Shown: in pieces, positions 8,396 through 18,339 of the stretch
How positions within the stretch are numbered: position 1 is the first letter of the stretch
Layout of the letters: every line of letters begins with the position of its first letter
From: Cyanobacteria bacterium J06626_4
GTDB taxonomy: Bacteria > Cyanobacteriota > Cyanobacteriia > Phormidesmidales > Phormidesmidaceae
DNA length: 22,719 nt
Reading direction: 5' to 3'
Assembly (NCBI GenBank): GCA_038523235.1
Contig: JBCBJQ010000095.1
Coordinates: forward strand, 1 to 22,719
Notes under the pieces: generated by a model
Seen by the model: the letters and a program-made list of their open reading frames with translations, nothing else
Told to the model about the DNA's origin: nothing
The model's database searches: none
Translations under genes and position numbers: made by a program

Positions 8396-11083
8396 CTACG
8401 CAGCTAACAACTGGCGGAGCACAAAGTGCAAAATGCCCCCGTTACGGTAGTACTCCACTTCGTCTAACGTGTCGATGCGACAGAGCAAGGGCGCTGATGT
8501 GGTCGTCCCATTGGCGCGATGCACCGTTAGTGTCATCGTCATACCCGGCTGAATGCCGCCGCTTAGCCCCGTCAGATCAAAGGTATCAGTGGCGTCGAGC
8601 CGTAGCGTTTCGCGCGTGGTACCCGGCTGAAACTGTAGCGGCAATACGCCCATGCCCACCAGATTAGAGCGGTGAATGCGCTCAAAGCTTTCGGCCACCA
8701 CCGCCTTAACCCCAAGCAGACGGGTGCCCTTCGCCGCCCAGTCGCGCGAGGAACCGGTGCCATATTCTTTACCGGCAATCACCACGAGGGGCACACCAGC
8801 CGCTTGATACTGCATGGCCGCATCATAGATCGACATTTCCGTGCCATCCGGCATGTATTTAGTCACGCCGCCCGCCGAGCCAGGCACCATCTCATTTTGC
8901 AGGCGGATATTGGCAAAGGTGCCGCGCATCATCACTTCGTGGTTGCCACGTCGCGAGCCATAGGAGTTGAACTCCGTCACGGCCACATCGTGGTCTTTGA
9001 GATAATCGCCGGTCGGACTCGCAGCTTTAATCGCGCCAGCGGGGGAGATGTGGTCGGTAGTGATGCTGTCACCGAGTAAGGCCAACGGGCGGGCTCCCAT
9101 GACATCGGCAAAGCTGCTGCCGTTGACCGTCGCAGCCATATCGTCAAAGAAAGGCGGGTTCTGCACGTAGGTGCTATCGCCCTGCCAGTCGTAGGTTTGA
9201 CTTTCTTCAGCAGCGATCGCTTGCCAATCAGCCGTGCCGGTAAACACATTGCCATAGCGACTGCGGAACATCTCGGGCGTCAGCGCCGCCGCCATCACCG
9301 TCTGAATTTCGGCGGCGGTGGGCCAAATGTCTTTGAGGTAAACGGGGCGACCCTCGGCGTCTTGGCCGATGGGATCTTGTTTGAGATCGATCGCCAAATT
9401 ACCCGCGATTGCGTAGGCCACCACCAACGGCGGCGAGGCCAAATAGTTCGCCTTGGTGTGAGGGCTCACGCGCCCTTCAAAATTGCGGTTGCCCGAGAGC
9501 ACCGCACCCACCACCAAATCTGCCGCATTAATGGCCTCCACGATGGCCTCTGGTAGCGGCCCAGAGTTGCCGATACAGGTGGTGCACCCATAGCCCACTA
9601 GGTTAAACCCGAGAGCATCCAAGTCATCTTGCAGACCAGCTTTTTCCAGATAGTCAGAGACGACTTGACTGCCCGGCGCCAGCGAGGTTTTAACCCAAGG
9701 CTTCACTTGCAGGCCCTGGGCCCGTGCCTTGCGGGCGACCAGACCGGCCCCAATCATTACTGAGGGGTTAGACGTATTGGTGCAGCTGGTGATGGCGGCG
9801 ATCGCCACCGCCCCATCGGTGAGTTCATAATCCGTGCCGGCCACCGGCACCGAGCGCTTCTCGGCATAAGCAGTCAGGCCGCTAAAGCTAGGAAAGTCAG
9901 CGGTGGTGAACTGCTGCGCCAGTTGCGACAGCAACACGCGATCTTGAGGACGCTTAGGGCCGGCCAAGGATGGCTCAACAGTGGCTAGGTCAAGGGCTAG
10001 CGTGTCGGTAAAGATGGGGTCGGGCGTGCCATCTTCGCGCCAGAGGCCTTGCGCTTTGGCATAGGCTTCGACCAGCGCTACGCGCTCGGGGTCACGGCCG
10101 GAGAACGACAAGTACCGTAGCGTTTCGGCATCAATCGGGAAAAAGCCGCAGGTCGCGCCATACTCTGGGGCCATATTAGAAATCGTGGCGCGATCGGCCA
10201 GGGTCAGGTGAGAGAGGCCATCGCCATAGAACTCGACGAACTTGCTCACGACACCCTTCTGCCGCAGCATTTGCACCACCGTCAGAACAAGGTCGGTCGC
10301 CGTCGCCCCCTCAGGCAACTTGCCCGTCAGCTTGAACCCCACCACTTCAGGAATCAACATTGAAATAGGTTGCCCCAACATGGCCGCTTCGGCCTCAATG
10401 CCGCCGACGCCCCAGCCCAAAACGGCGAGGCCATTGATCATCGTCGTATGACTGTCGGTGCCCACCAGCGTATCTGGGTAGGCGACGGTTTCGCCGTTTT
10501 CTTCCTTTGTCCAAACGGTTTGGGCCAGGTATTCAAGATTGACCTGGTGGCAGATGCCCGTGCCAGGCGGCACCACGCGAAAATTGTCGAAGGCCTGCTG
10601 CCCCCAACGCAAAAAGGCATAGCGCTCGCCATTGCGCTCAAACTCTCGCTGCACGTTATCGCCAAAGGCGCTGTCACTCCCAAAGTTATCGACCATCACC
10701 GAGTGGTCAATGACCAAATCGACTGGCGAGAGTGGATTGATTTTTTCAGGATCACCGCCCAGGTTAACCATCGCATCCCGCATTGCTGCCAGATCCACCA
10801 CGGCAGGCACGCCGGTAAAGTCTTGCATCAGCACCCGTGCTGGCCGGTAGGCAATTTCTTGATCGGAGCTTTGGGTGGTCAGCCAGGCGGCGATCGCCTG
10901 CACATCAGCCGCTTTAACGGTGCGATCGTCTTCGTAGCGCAACAGGTTTTCGAGCAGCACTTTGAGACTAAAAGGCAGTCGAGTCACGTCGCCTAACTGC
11001 TGCGCCGCCGCTGGCAGACTGTAATAGATATATTCCTTGCCGCTGACATCCAGAACAGTTTTGGCATTAAAGCTATTGGTCAC
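8396..11083 (-). CDS. acnA: Aconitate hydratase A
   Basis: 895 aa. [28 protein letters not shown], Fe-S cysteines in [10 protein letters not shown] and [37 protein letters not shown] upstream of the GTG start. Confidence 0.97.
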   Translation of the reverse strand: MTNSFNAKTVLDVSGKEYIYYSLPAAAQQLGDVTRLPFSLKVLLENLLRYEDDRTVKAADVQAIAAWLTTQSSDQEIAYRPARVLMQDFTGVPAVVDLAAMRDAMVNLGGDPEKINPLSPVDLVIDHSVMVDNFGSDSAFGDNVQREFERNGERYAFLRWGQQAFDNFRVVPPGTGICHQVNLEYLAQTVWTKEENGETVAYPDTLVGTDSHTTMINGLAVLGWGVGGIEAEAAMLGQPISMLIPEVVGFKLTGKLPEGATATDLVLTVVQMLRQKGVVSKFVEFYGDGLSHLTLADRATISNMAPEYGATCGFFPIDAETLRYLSFSGRDPERVALVEAYAKAQGLWREDGTPDPIFTDTLALDLATVEPSLAGPKRPQDRVLLSQLAQQFTTADFPSFSGLTAYAEKRSVPVAGTDYELTDGAVAIAAITSCTNTSNPSVMIGAGLVARKARAQGLQVKPWVKTSLAPGSQVVSDYLEKAGLQDDLDALGFNLVGYGCTTCIGNSGPLPEAIVEAINAADLVVGAVLSGNRNFEGRVSPHTKANYLASPPLVVAYAIAGNLAIDLKQDPIGQDAEGRPVYLKDIWPTAAEIQTVMAAALTPEMFRSRYGNVFTGTADWQAIAAEESQTYDWQGDSTYVQNPPFFDDMAATVNGSSFADVMGARPLALLGDSITTDHISPAGAIKAASPTGDYLKDHDVAVTEFNSYGSRRGNHEVMMRGTFANIRLQNEMVPGSAGGVTKYMPDGTEMSIYDAAMQYQAAGVPLVVIAGKEYGTGSSRDWAAKGTRLLGVKAVVAESFERIHRSNLVGMGVLPLQFQPGTTRETLRLDATDTFDLTGLSGGIQPGMTMTLTVHRANGTTTSAPLLCRIDTLDEVEYYRNGGILHFVLRQLLAA

Positions 11084-11182
11084 GGCGATTTAATCTCCTC
11101 GTCTAGATGTCTATCAGCCCTAGCAGCTGATGCTAAGCCATGTGAGCATGGATTTCGATTCTACCGTCTTGATGCGATCGCC

Positions 11183-14100
11183 TTAGTAAGCAATATTGCA
11201 ATGGGTGTCCAACGGTTCTGACAAGCAAAAAGGCTGATCTAGCAGCATCTGGGTCGCCGCTGCGGGAGTCATCGCGGGAGCAAAATGATAGCCCTGACCA
11301 AAGTGGCACTTGTGTTTCTGTAAATAGATCAGCACGTCACGGTTTTCCACGCCTTCCGCAATCACCTGGAGGTTGAGGTTGAGAGCTAAATTGATAATCG
11401 CTTTGACAATCTCATAATCGCGCGTACTCCGGCTGTCAGAGTGCAAATTGAGGATAAAAGATTTGTCGATTTTCAACACGTCGACGGGCAATTGATGCAA
11501 GTAGCTTAGCGAAGAATAGCCAGTACCGAAATCATCCATGCACACTTGAATATCGCGGGCTCTGAAGTCGTTAAGCGTTTTGACAGTGAGAGCATTATTG
11601 GTAATCAAGATGCCCTCCGTAATCTCGAGCTTCAGGTATTTGCCTGCTAAGCGAGCCTGGTGCAGCGCATGGTCAATTTGGTGAATGAGATCTGGCTGCG
11701 AGAATTGTTTGCCCGACAGGTTAACGCTCAGCGTAATGTCAGCGCTTGCGGGAGCCCGATCATGCCAGCGCCGCAGCTGTTGGCACGACTGCCGCAAAAC
11801 CCACAGATCAATCTCCGCAATCAAACCGGTATCTTCCGCGATTTCTACAAACGCCGCCGGAGGCAGCAACCCCCGCGTGGGGTGCTGCCACCGCACCAAA
11901 GCTTCAAACCCCATAATTAGCCCAGTCGATAACGAGACGATGGGTTGATAATGCAGTCGCAGTTGATCGCGTTTGATGGCATGACGCAGATCATTTTCTA
12001 ACGTCATTTGCTGCAGGGCGATCGCATGCATTGAAGCATCAAACACGACATACCCTTGGCGACTTTTTTTCGCCTCATACATGGCAATATCAGCATTCCG
12101 GAGAATTTGCTCGGGGGCCGTATAGGTACTGGCACCGAAGGCAATGCCAATGCTGACATGCACAAAGATTTCTTGCCCATCGAGCAAGATCGGCACTTCT
12201 AAAACGTTGTGGATGCGGCGGGCCACATCAACGGCAAACTCGACACTCACCAACTCTTCCAGCAAAATGACAAATTCATCCCCGCCGAGCCGAGCCGCAA
12301 TATCGACATCGCGCAGACAGCTGCTCAAGCGAGTCGCCACCAGGCGCAATAGTCGATCGCCAAACGTATGGCCCAAACTGTCATTGATCACTTTGAAGCG
12401 ATCGAGGTCAAGAAAGAGCACCGCAAACTCATCGTGAGCACCAGGGCTGACGGCATCTGCCGACAAGGTGTCATAATGCCGCCGCTGATAGCGCTGCAGG
12501 GCCAACTGCAGTCGATCGAGCAGCAGCGTGCGATTGGGGAGACCGGTCAGCGCATCGTGAAAGGCATCATGGCGCAGCTGTGCTTCTAATCGCAGGCGTT
12601 CAGCAATTTCGGTTTGAGCCTGCTGATACAGCTCAGCCTGCTGCAGGGCGATCGCCAGCTGGTCAGCCACCTGCTTGATTAAAATTTGCTCGCTCGCCGT
12701 CCATTGCCGCGGCACCGGATGATGCATGCATAAAATGCCCTTGACTTTCCCCTCATAGCGAATCGTCACACTGAGGGCGGCCCCGATCTGAGCCTGTTGC
12801 ATGAACGGTAAGAGGTTGACCAACGTTGGATCGGCGTTCACGTCGCTAGTGGCCTTCGGCGGCTCTTGCGCCAACAGCGCCAGAATGTAAGGACTGTCTT
12901 GCACAGCCATCCGAGCCCCGGTCAGGTCGGGTAGATTGGGAAGCGTCGCACAAGCGGCATATTCAAAATAATCGTCGTCAGCGCCACCTTGAATAAACAT
13001 ACAGCGGCCCACCTTGAACTCTGCCAAGAGCTTTTGGATGGTGCGCTGGATCACCGCATCGAGATCCAAACTGTCGCGCATCAAGGTAACAATTTCGTTG
13101 AGCAACTGTTCGCGGTGAGCGCGAATCGTCGTCTGATGTAACAGTTGTGATTGTTGAATCGCGATTTCCACCTGATCAGCAATTTGCTGCACAAAATTAA
13201 TTTCATCCGCTGGCCACGGGCGCGGGGCGCGGCAGTGTTGCAGCACCAATAGCCCCCACAGTTGGTTATCGATAGTGAGAGGCAATACCAGATTGGCCTG
13301 AATTTGCCACTGCACTAAAAACTGCCGGTAATCCGCCGGAATATCAGCAGTTTGCACCTGCTCAATTTGCGTGATATGGCCTTGACGATACTGCTCAATA
13401 ATGTCGGCAGGCAGTTGAGGCGTCTTGGTTTGACCGGTACTCACATCAATCCACTCGGGATGAATCGATTCAACCACGATCTCACCCGTCCAATCGGGGT
13501 TGAACCGGTAAATGAGCACACGATCGGTGCCCATAAACTTGCGGGTTTCTTGCACCGTCGCCGTTAAAATCACGTCCAGATCAAGACTCTGGCGAATGTG
13601 TTGGGTAATAAGTCGCCGGAGCCGTTCGCGGCGGGCGCGGATGGCCATTTCTTGCAGCAGTTTGGCCTGCTGAATGGCCACCTCGACCTGTTGAGCAATC
13701 TGTTGCACAAAAGCAACCTCTTCGGCTAACCATTGGCGAGGTGACCGACAGTGGTGAATGCACAACAGTCCCCAGAGCGTTTGATCTATCACCAAGGGCA
13801 AGATCACATTGGCCTGCACCTGATAATGTTCGAGCAAGTTTTGATGGCAGGGAGTCAGGTTGGCAGTCTGTAGGTCATTAACTTGGCCGATGTGACCATC
13901 GCGATAGCGGTCTACCCAGTGCCCCTCAAAGCAAGGATCTCGGAGCCTTTCACCCAACACGGCAATCCAGGGTTCGATCACCGCTTCAACAATCATGTCG
14001 CCACTCCAGTCGGGGTTAAAGCGATAAATCAACACCCGATCAGTGTCGAGAAATTGACGCACCCCGTTGACAGTTTTATCGAGGATGGCTGAGAGATTGA

Positions 14101-16666
14101 GGCTGCTGCGGATGTCACCGGTCAGCTCGCGCAGCAGGCGCTCACGGGCAGCCTGTCGCTGCAGGTCTTCGCGGGCAGTGACCAGTGCCGTAATGTCGGT
14201 GGCGATCAGACCAAATAATTTGGGGCTGTCCGGTTGGTCCAGTACCGGAAACAGAATCGATCGCACGATGCGGTTTTCGCCCATTAGCGTCAGGCGATCT
14301 TCAACCACCAGCGGGCAGTTGGTCTCGACCAGACGCTGTACCCGTTCCCGATAACGAGCGGCCATATCCGGCGGATAAAGTTCGTCAAATCGACGCCCCA
14401 CAATTTCGGCGGCAGGCCGCTGTAAAAAGGCTTCGGTAATGGGGTTAACACGGTGGTAACGCCCGGTCTCATCATAGAGCGCCATCACAGCCGGCGAATT
14501 TTGCATGAGCGCCTGCAGCTGTTGATGGGTTTCTGCTAGTGCCAGCGCTGACGCTTTGCGATCGCTAATATCCCAATTCACCCCAATGGTGCTAATGGGT
14601 TGCCCGGTCGCATCCCGCACCAAGTTGCTGTAAGACTCGATATAGCGGATCTCACCATCCGGACGCACAATGCGAAACTCGTTATGAAAAACCGCCCCCT
14701 GGCCCTCTAAAAAACTAGATTTCTGCGTGTTCAATTCAGGCAAATCATCAGGATGAACTCGCGCCTCCCAATCGGCATAGCGACCAGCAAACTGATCGAC
14801 TGTGGTGCCATAAATGCGATGCATCTGCTCGTCCCAAATGAGGCGATCGCGCTGCATATTCCATTCCCAAATGCCGATTTGTGCGACCTCGGTCGCCAGG
14901 GTCAGGCGTTGGGTGGTCTCTCTCAGGGCAATTTCGTTGCGTTTGCGATCGGTAATATCTTCACCAATGCTGGTCAGGCTGATGATGCGACCCTTGGCAT
15001 CGTGCTGCACCGTGTTGTTCCAGGCAATTAGGCGCCGCTCGCCTTGACGCGTGATGATTTCATTTTCAAAGTACTGATGGGGGAGAGCCCTTTGTTCAAC
15101 TACTTGTTGTAAAAGCGCTTGCATGCGAGGGCGGATTTCCGGCGGCAAAAAGCATTCGCCCCAGTTTTGGTGCAACACCTCAGCGCGCTGCCACCCCGTC
15201 AGATTCAACAAATAGTCATTGCAGAAGACAAGATTGCCCTGGCGATCGAGCATGATTGCCACCCGCGTCAAACCTTCCAATACCTGGCGGAACCGCTGCT
15301 CGGAGAGCTGCAGCTGCAATTCCGTTTGCTTACGTTCAGTGATATCACGCCCCACCCCCACGATCGCGATGATATTGTCGTCGTTATCTAAAACTGCTTT
15401 ATAAGACCACGAGAGCCAGCGCCAGCCGTGACGGGTGTGCGCCCGCTGCTCTAGCTGGCAGGTATAGGGCGGGTGCCACAGCGCCGCCATGGCTAACTCG
15501 GTAGCGGCTTGGTCGGCGGCATGCACAGAGGGCACAAAATTACGATCCAGCAGTTCGTCGAGAGATTGATCAAACAGGTCGCAGTAAGAGGGGCTGACGA
15601 ACAAAAAGTGGCCATCTACATCGATTTTGACCACTAGGTCAGTTTGATTTTCTACCAGCAGCCGATATTTATGTTCGCTCGCGGTCAAGGCGGCAAAGGT
15701 TTGCTGCAACCCGGTGACATCGCGCTGAATCCCAAAGCAACCGGTTATTCGACCTTGAACGTCATAGAGACAGATGTAATCACCTTCAATCCAGATTGGG
15801 GTGCCGTCGGTTCGACGTTCTAGGGTGTTAATTTTTTGTCGGCCCTCATTTAATAATTGCCGAATTGTTGCTTTCCCGCCTTCGATATCCTCGGCAAAAA
15901 AATCAGTCAGGGTCAGGCCCAAAAACTCCGCTTCGGTCAGACCATACTGTTGCGCGATCGCCGAGTTGGCCTTGGTGACTCGTTGATGGGTAAAGATGTA
16001 GTCCAGGGTGGCCGCTTGATCGCAAGTCTCGTTCCACCAGACGGGCTCATCCAGCGTCATAAAAAAGAAGCCATCGAGCGACTGCGTCAAAAAGAGGCTA
16101 AGCTGATGCTCGCGATCGCGGAGCGCCTGTTCCGTCGCTTTGAGGTCGGTAATGTCACGTCCAGTCGCCTGCAGTTCCTGCAAAATGCCCTGCTCATCAA
16201 ACAAAGCTTGATTCACCCACTGATGCCAAACTGTGCGGCCATCGGCAGCCTTTGCCCTGTGGGTATGAGTCAGGATCGGGCGATCAACGGTCAGCTGACG
16301 TAATTCGGCAATTTGTTGCCGAATCAGCGCTTGCCCCTCTGGGGGCACAAGTTCGACAAAGTTGAGGCCGATCAGGTCGCTAGGGGAGCGCCCAAAAAAG
16401 CGGCAATAAGCACCATTCACAAACGTTAAGGTGCCATCAGGCCGATACCGGCAAATCAGCTCGGATTGAGTCTCGATAACGCTGCGATAGCGCTGCTCTG
16501 CCGCTGAGCGAACAGCATTCGCCGCTGCTACAGGTTGAGCATCGGCTGGGCGGCCATCAGCCGGCGGTGGTGGCGGCGCGATTGCACTGTCAGTCAAAAA
16601 TTCGCCGGACTCTTGCGTCGTTGCCATAAACGCATTGTTGGTCGATGCTCTATGGTCAGATGACAC
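11183..16666 (-). CDS. Multi-sensor diguanylate cyclase/phosphodiesterase: 6 PAS, 3 GAF (first is a DXCF cyanobacteriochrome), GGDEF, EAL
   Basis: Six PAS/PAC units, most ending in RDIT/EDIT/WDIS/TDIT. GAF1 with DRVLIYRF, DPCF and PCH. HDALTGLPNR, FLDLDRFK, RLGGDEF. YQPIV, EALVRW, LEITE, DDFGTGYSSL, KIDKSF, AEGVE, QGY. AGGGGG RBS before GTG 16666; alternative ATG at 16627. Confidence 0.95.
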   Translation of the reverse strand: MSSDHRASTNNAFMATTQESGEFLTDSAIAPPPPPADGRPADAQPVAAANAVRSAAEQRYRSVIETQSELICRYRPDGTLTFVNGAYCRFFGRSPSDLIGLNFVELVPPEGQALIRQQIAELRQLTVDRPILTHTHRAKAADGRTVWHQWVNQALFDEQGILQELQATGRDITDLKATEQALRDREHQLSLFLTQSLDGFFFMTLDEPVWWNETCDQAATLDYIFTHQRVTKANSAIAQQYGLTEAEFLGLTLTDFFAEDIEGGKATIRQLLNEGRQKINTLERRTDGTPIWIEGDYICLYDVQGRITGCFGIQRDVTGLQQTFAALTASEHKYRLLVENQTDLVVKIDVDGHFLFVSPSYCDLFDQSLDELLDRNFVPSVHAADQAATELAMAALWHPPYTCQLEQRAHTRHGWRWLSWSYKAVLDNDDNIIAIVGVGRDITERKQTELQLQLSEQRFRQVLEGLTRVAIMLDRQGNLVFCNDYLLNLTGWQRAEVLHQNWGECFLPPEIRPRMQALLQQVVEQRALPHQYFENEIITRQGERRLIAWNNTVQHDAKGRIISLTSIGEDITDRKRNEIALRETTQRLTLATEVAQIGIWEWNMQRDRLIWDEQMHRIYGTTVDQFAGRYADWEARVHPDDLPELNTQKSSFLEGQGAVFHNEFRIVRPDGEIRYIESYSNLVRDATGQPISTIGVNWDISDRKASALALAETHQQLQALMQNSPAVMALYDETGRYHRVNPITEAFLQRPAAEIVGRRFDELYPPDMAARYRERVQRLVETNCPLVVEDRLTLMGENRIVRSILFPVLDQPDSPKLFGLIATDITALVTAREDLQRQAARERLLRELTGDIRSSLNLSAILDKTVNGVRQFLDTDRVLIYRFNPDWSGDMIVEAVIEPWIAVLGERLRDPCFEGHWVDRYRDGHIGQVNDLQTANLTPCHQNLLEHYQVQANVILPLVIDQTLWGLLCIHHCRSPRQWLAEEVAFVQQIAQQVEVAIQQAKLLQEMAIRARRERLRRLITQHIRQSLDLDVILTATVQETRKFMGTDRVLIYRFNPDWTGEIVVESIHPEWIDVSTGQTKTPQLPADIIEQYRQGHITQIEQVQTADIPADYRQFLVQWQIQANLVLPLTIDNQLWGLLVLQHCRAPRPWPADEINFVQQIADQVEIAIQQSQLLHQTTIRAHREQLLNEIVTLMRDSLDLDAVIQRTIQKLLAEFKVGRCMFIQGGADDDYFEYAACATLPNLPDLTGARMAVQDSPYILALLAQEPPKATSDVNADPTLVNLLPFMQQAQIGAALSVTIRYEGKVKGILCMHHPVPRQWTASEQILIKQVADQLAIALQQAELYQQAQTEIAERLRLEAQLRHDAFHDALTGLPNRTLLLDRLQLALQRYQRRHYDTLSADAVSPGAHDEFAVLFLDLDRFKVINDSLGHTFGDRLLRLVATRLSSCLRDVDIAARLGGDEFVILLEELVSVEFAVDVARRIHNVLEVPILLDGQEIFVHVSIGIAFGASTYTAPEQILRNADIAMYEAKKSRQGYVVFDASMHAIALQQMTLENDLRHAIKRDQLRLHYQPIVSLSTGLIMGFEALVRWQHPTRGLLPPAAFVEIAEDTGLIAEIDLWVLRQSCQQLRRWHDRAPASADITLSVNLSGKQFSQPDLIHQIDHALHQARLAGKYLKLEITEGILITNNALTVKTLNDFRARDIQVCMDDFGTGYSSLSYLHQLPVDVLKIDKSFILNLHSDSRSTRDYEIVKAIINLALNLNLQVIAEGVENRDVLIYLQKHKCHFGQGYHFAPAMTPAAATQMLLDQPFCLSEPLDTHCNIAY

Positions 16667-17042
16667 GAGTCCCCCTAAAAATAAGTCTGAAATTCGTCAG
16701 TCATGACGGTTGAACCGGTCAACGGCTAGACTCCCGGAATCGGGGCGTAAGAACCACCATTGTCGCGCCTCTACACCCTCTTAACATTGTCTTTGTTTTT
16801 TTAAGTTGCCCCAAAATGCTGAGCAGCACAATGTTGCGTTTCATTGAGGCCTGCAAATTTCAGTCAATAAATCCCAAAGGCGTTTCCGCCCACCTTAGAC
16901 AATGGGGTGAATAGATTGGTCGCACAGGCTACCGAAAGCCATGACGGGATGGATGGCAATTCCCCTAATACTTGAATGCTAGCGGCAGGTTCCTCACAGT
17001 GCAGCCGCAGCTTTACGATCTTCATTCACGCTTGCAAAAGGT

Positions 17043-18329
17043 ATGACGTCTTCACTTTTATCCGATGCCAACCGACGGCTAGAACGGGCTCTCAAATATG
17101 TGCACATCTCAGAAGATGCGAGCGAACGGCTGAAGTTTCCCAAGGCGAGTTTGAAAGTATCGATTCCAGTACGTATGGATGATGGCTCACTGCGGGTGTT
17201 TGAGGGCTATCGGGTGCGCTATGACGATACCCGTGGTCCGACCAAAGGCGGCATTCGGTTTCATCCCAACGTCACGATGGACGAGGTGCAGTCTTTAGCC
17301 TTTTGGATGACTTTTAAATGTGCGGCGGTGAATCTGCCTTTTGGCGGTGCAAAAGGCGGCATTACGCTGAATCCCAAGGCACTATCGAAGTTTGAACTAG
17401 AGCGTCTAAGCCGAGGTTATGTGGACGCGATCGCCGATTTCATTGGCCCCGATATCGATATCCCGGCTCCCGATGTCTACACGAACCCGATGATCATGGG
17501 TTGGATGATGGATCAGTACAGCATCATTCGCCGTCAGCTCTCGCCAGCAGCCATCACCGGCAAACCAATCGGCATGGGGGGCAGTCAAGGGCGAAATACG
17601 GCCACAGGAGTCGGGGCATTTCAGGTATTAGTCGCCATGATGCGCAAGTTTGCCAAGGCCCCAGCAGCAACCACGGTAGCGGTGCAGGGCTTCGGCAATG
17701 CCGGCAGCGTCGTGGCGCGACTCCTATTCGACGCGGGGTACCAGGTAGTAGCCGTGAGCGATTCGCACGGCGGCGTGTATTGCGATCGCGGCCTCGATAT
17801 TCCGAGCTTGCAACAATTCAAAGCTTCGACACGCAACCTCCAAGCAGTGTATTGCGAAGGCACCGTTTGCAATCTAGTGGATGGTCACGAAACGATTACC
17901 AACGACGAGTTGCTCACCCTGGATGTGGATATTTTGGTGCCGGCGGCACTGGAAAATCAAATCACTGCAGCCAATGCGCCTCAGATTCAAGCGGACTATA
18001 TTTTTGAAGTCGCTAATGGCCCAATCACCTCGGCAGGCGATCGCATCTTAGAGGACAAAGGTGTGTACGTCTTTCCCGATATTTTGGTGAATGCCGGGGG
18101 TGTTACCGTCAGCTATTTTGAATGGGTACAAAACCGCAGCGGCTTGTACTGGTCAGAAGCCGAAGTGGGCGATCGACTCCAAACCAAAATGGTGGCAGAA
18201 GCCGAAAAAATCTGGAGCGTTTCGCACAATTTGGCAATACCCATGCGCACCGCCGCTTATGTCCATGCTCTAGAGCGATTAGAAGAAGCCCACAGCGCCC
18301 GAGGCACTCGCGATTATTACGTCAGCTAA
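17043..18329 (+). CDS. gdhA: Glutamate dehydrogenase (Glu/Leu/Phe/Val dehydrogenase family), cyanobacterial GdhA type
   Basis: 428 aa. GPTKGGIRFHP, MTFKCA, LPFGGAKGG, DIPAPDV, ITGKP..GGS.GR, VQGFGNAG (Rossmann), EVANGP, PDILVNAGGVTVSYFEWVQN. Confidence 0.93.
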   Translation: MTSSLLSDANRRLERALKYVHISEDASERLKFPKASLKVSIPVRMDDGSLRVFEGYRVRYDDTRGPTKGGIRFHPNVTMDEVQSLAFWMTFKCAAVNLPFGGAKGGITLNPKALSKFELERLSRGYVDAIADFIGPDIDIPAPDVYTNPMIMGWMMDQYSIIRRQLSPAAITGKPIGMGGSQGRNTATGVGAFQVLVAMMRKFAKAPAATTVAVQGFGNAGSVVARLLFDAGYQVVAVSDSHGGVYCDRGLDIPSLQQFKASTRNLQAVYCEGTVCNLVDGHETITNDELLTLDVDILVPAALENQITAANAPQIQADYIFEVANGPITSAGDRILEDKGVYVFPDILVNAGGVTVSYFEWVQNRSGLYWSEAEVGDRLQTKMVAEAEKIWSVSHNLAIPMRTAAYVHALERLEEAHSARGTRDYYVS

Positions 18330-18339
18330 ACCGCAAAAC

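Noticed and set aside
10370..10996. 208-aa antisense ORF in acnA, and similar overlapping ORFs in the kinase, sensor and gdhA genes (e.g. 17501-18007)
   Set aside because: Typical shadow ORFs of GC-rich coding DNA with no recognisable motifs, fully overlapping well-supported genes.
11113..11151. IRE-like hairpins in the acnA 5' spacer (ATCAGC/GCTGAT, TAGCA/TGCTA, CCATG/CATGG)
   Set aside because: Stems of 5-6 bp arise by chance and there is no CAGUG-type loop.
16860..16965. c-di-GMP-I or c-di-AMP riboswitch between the sensor gene and gdhA (TGGGGTGAAT; GCACAGGCTACCGAAAGCC)
   Set aside because: Isolated short matches only. The GGCAAA...GACGCAAA core and the ydaO CCCGTCAGCTAAC element are absent.
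16667..17042. NtcA site controlling gdhA
   Set aside because: No GTA-N8-TAC palindrome found on reading the spacer.
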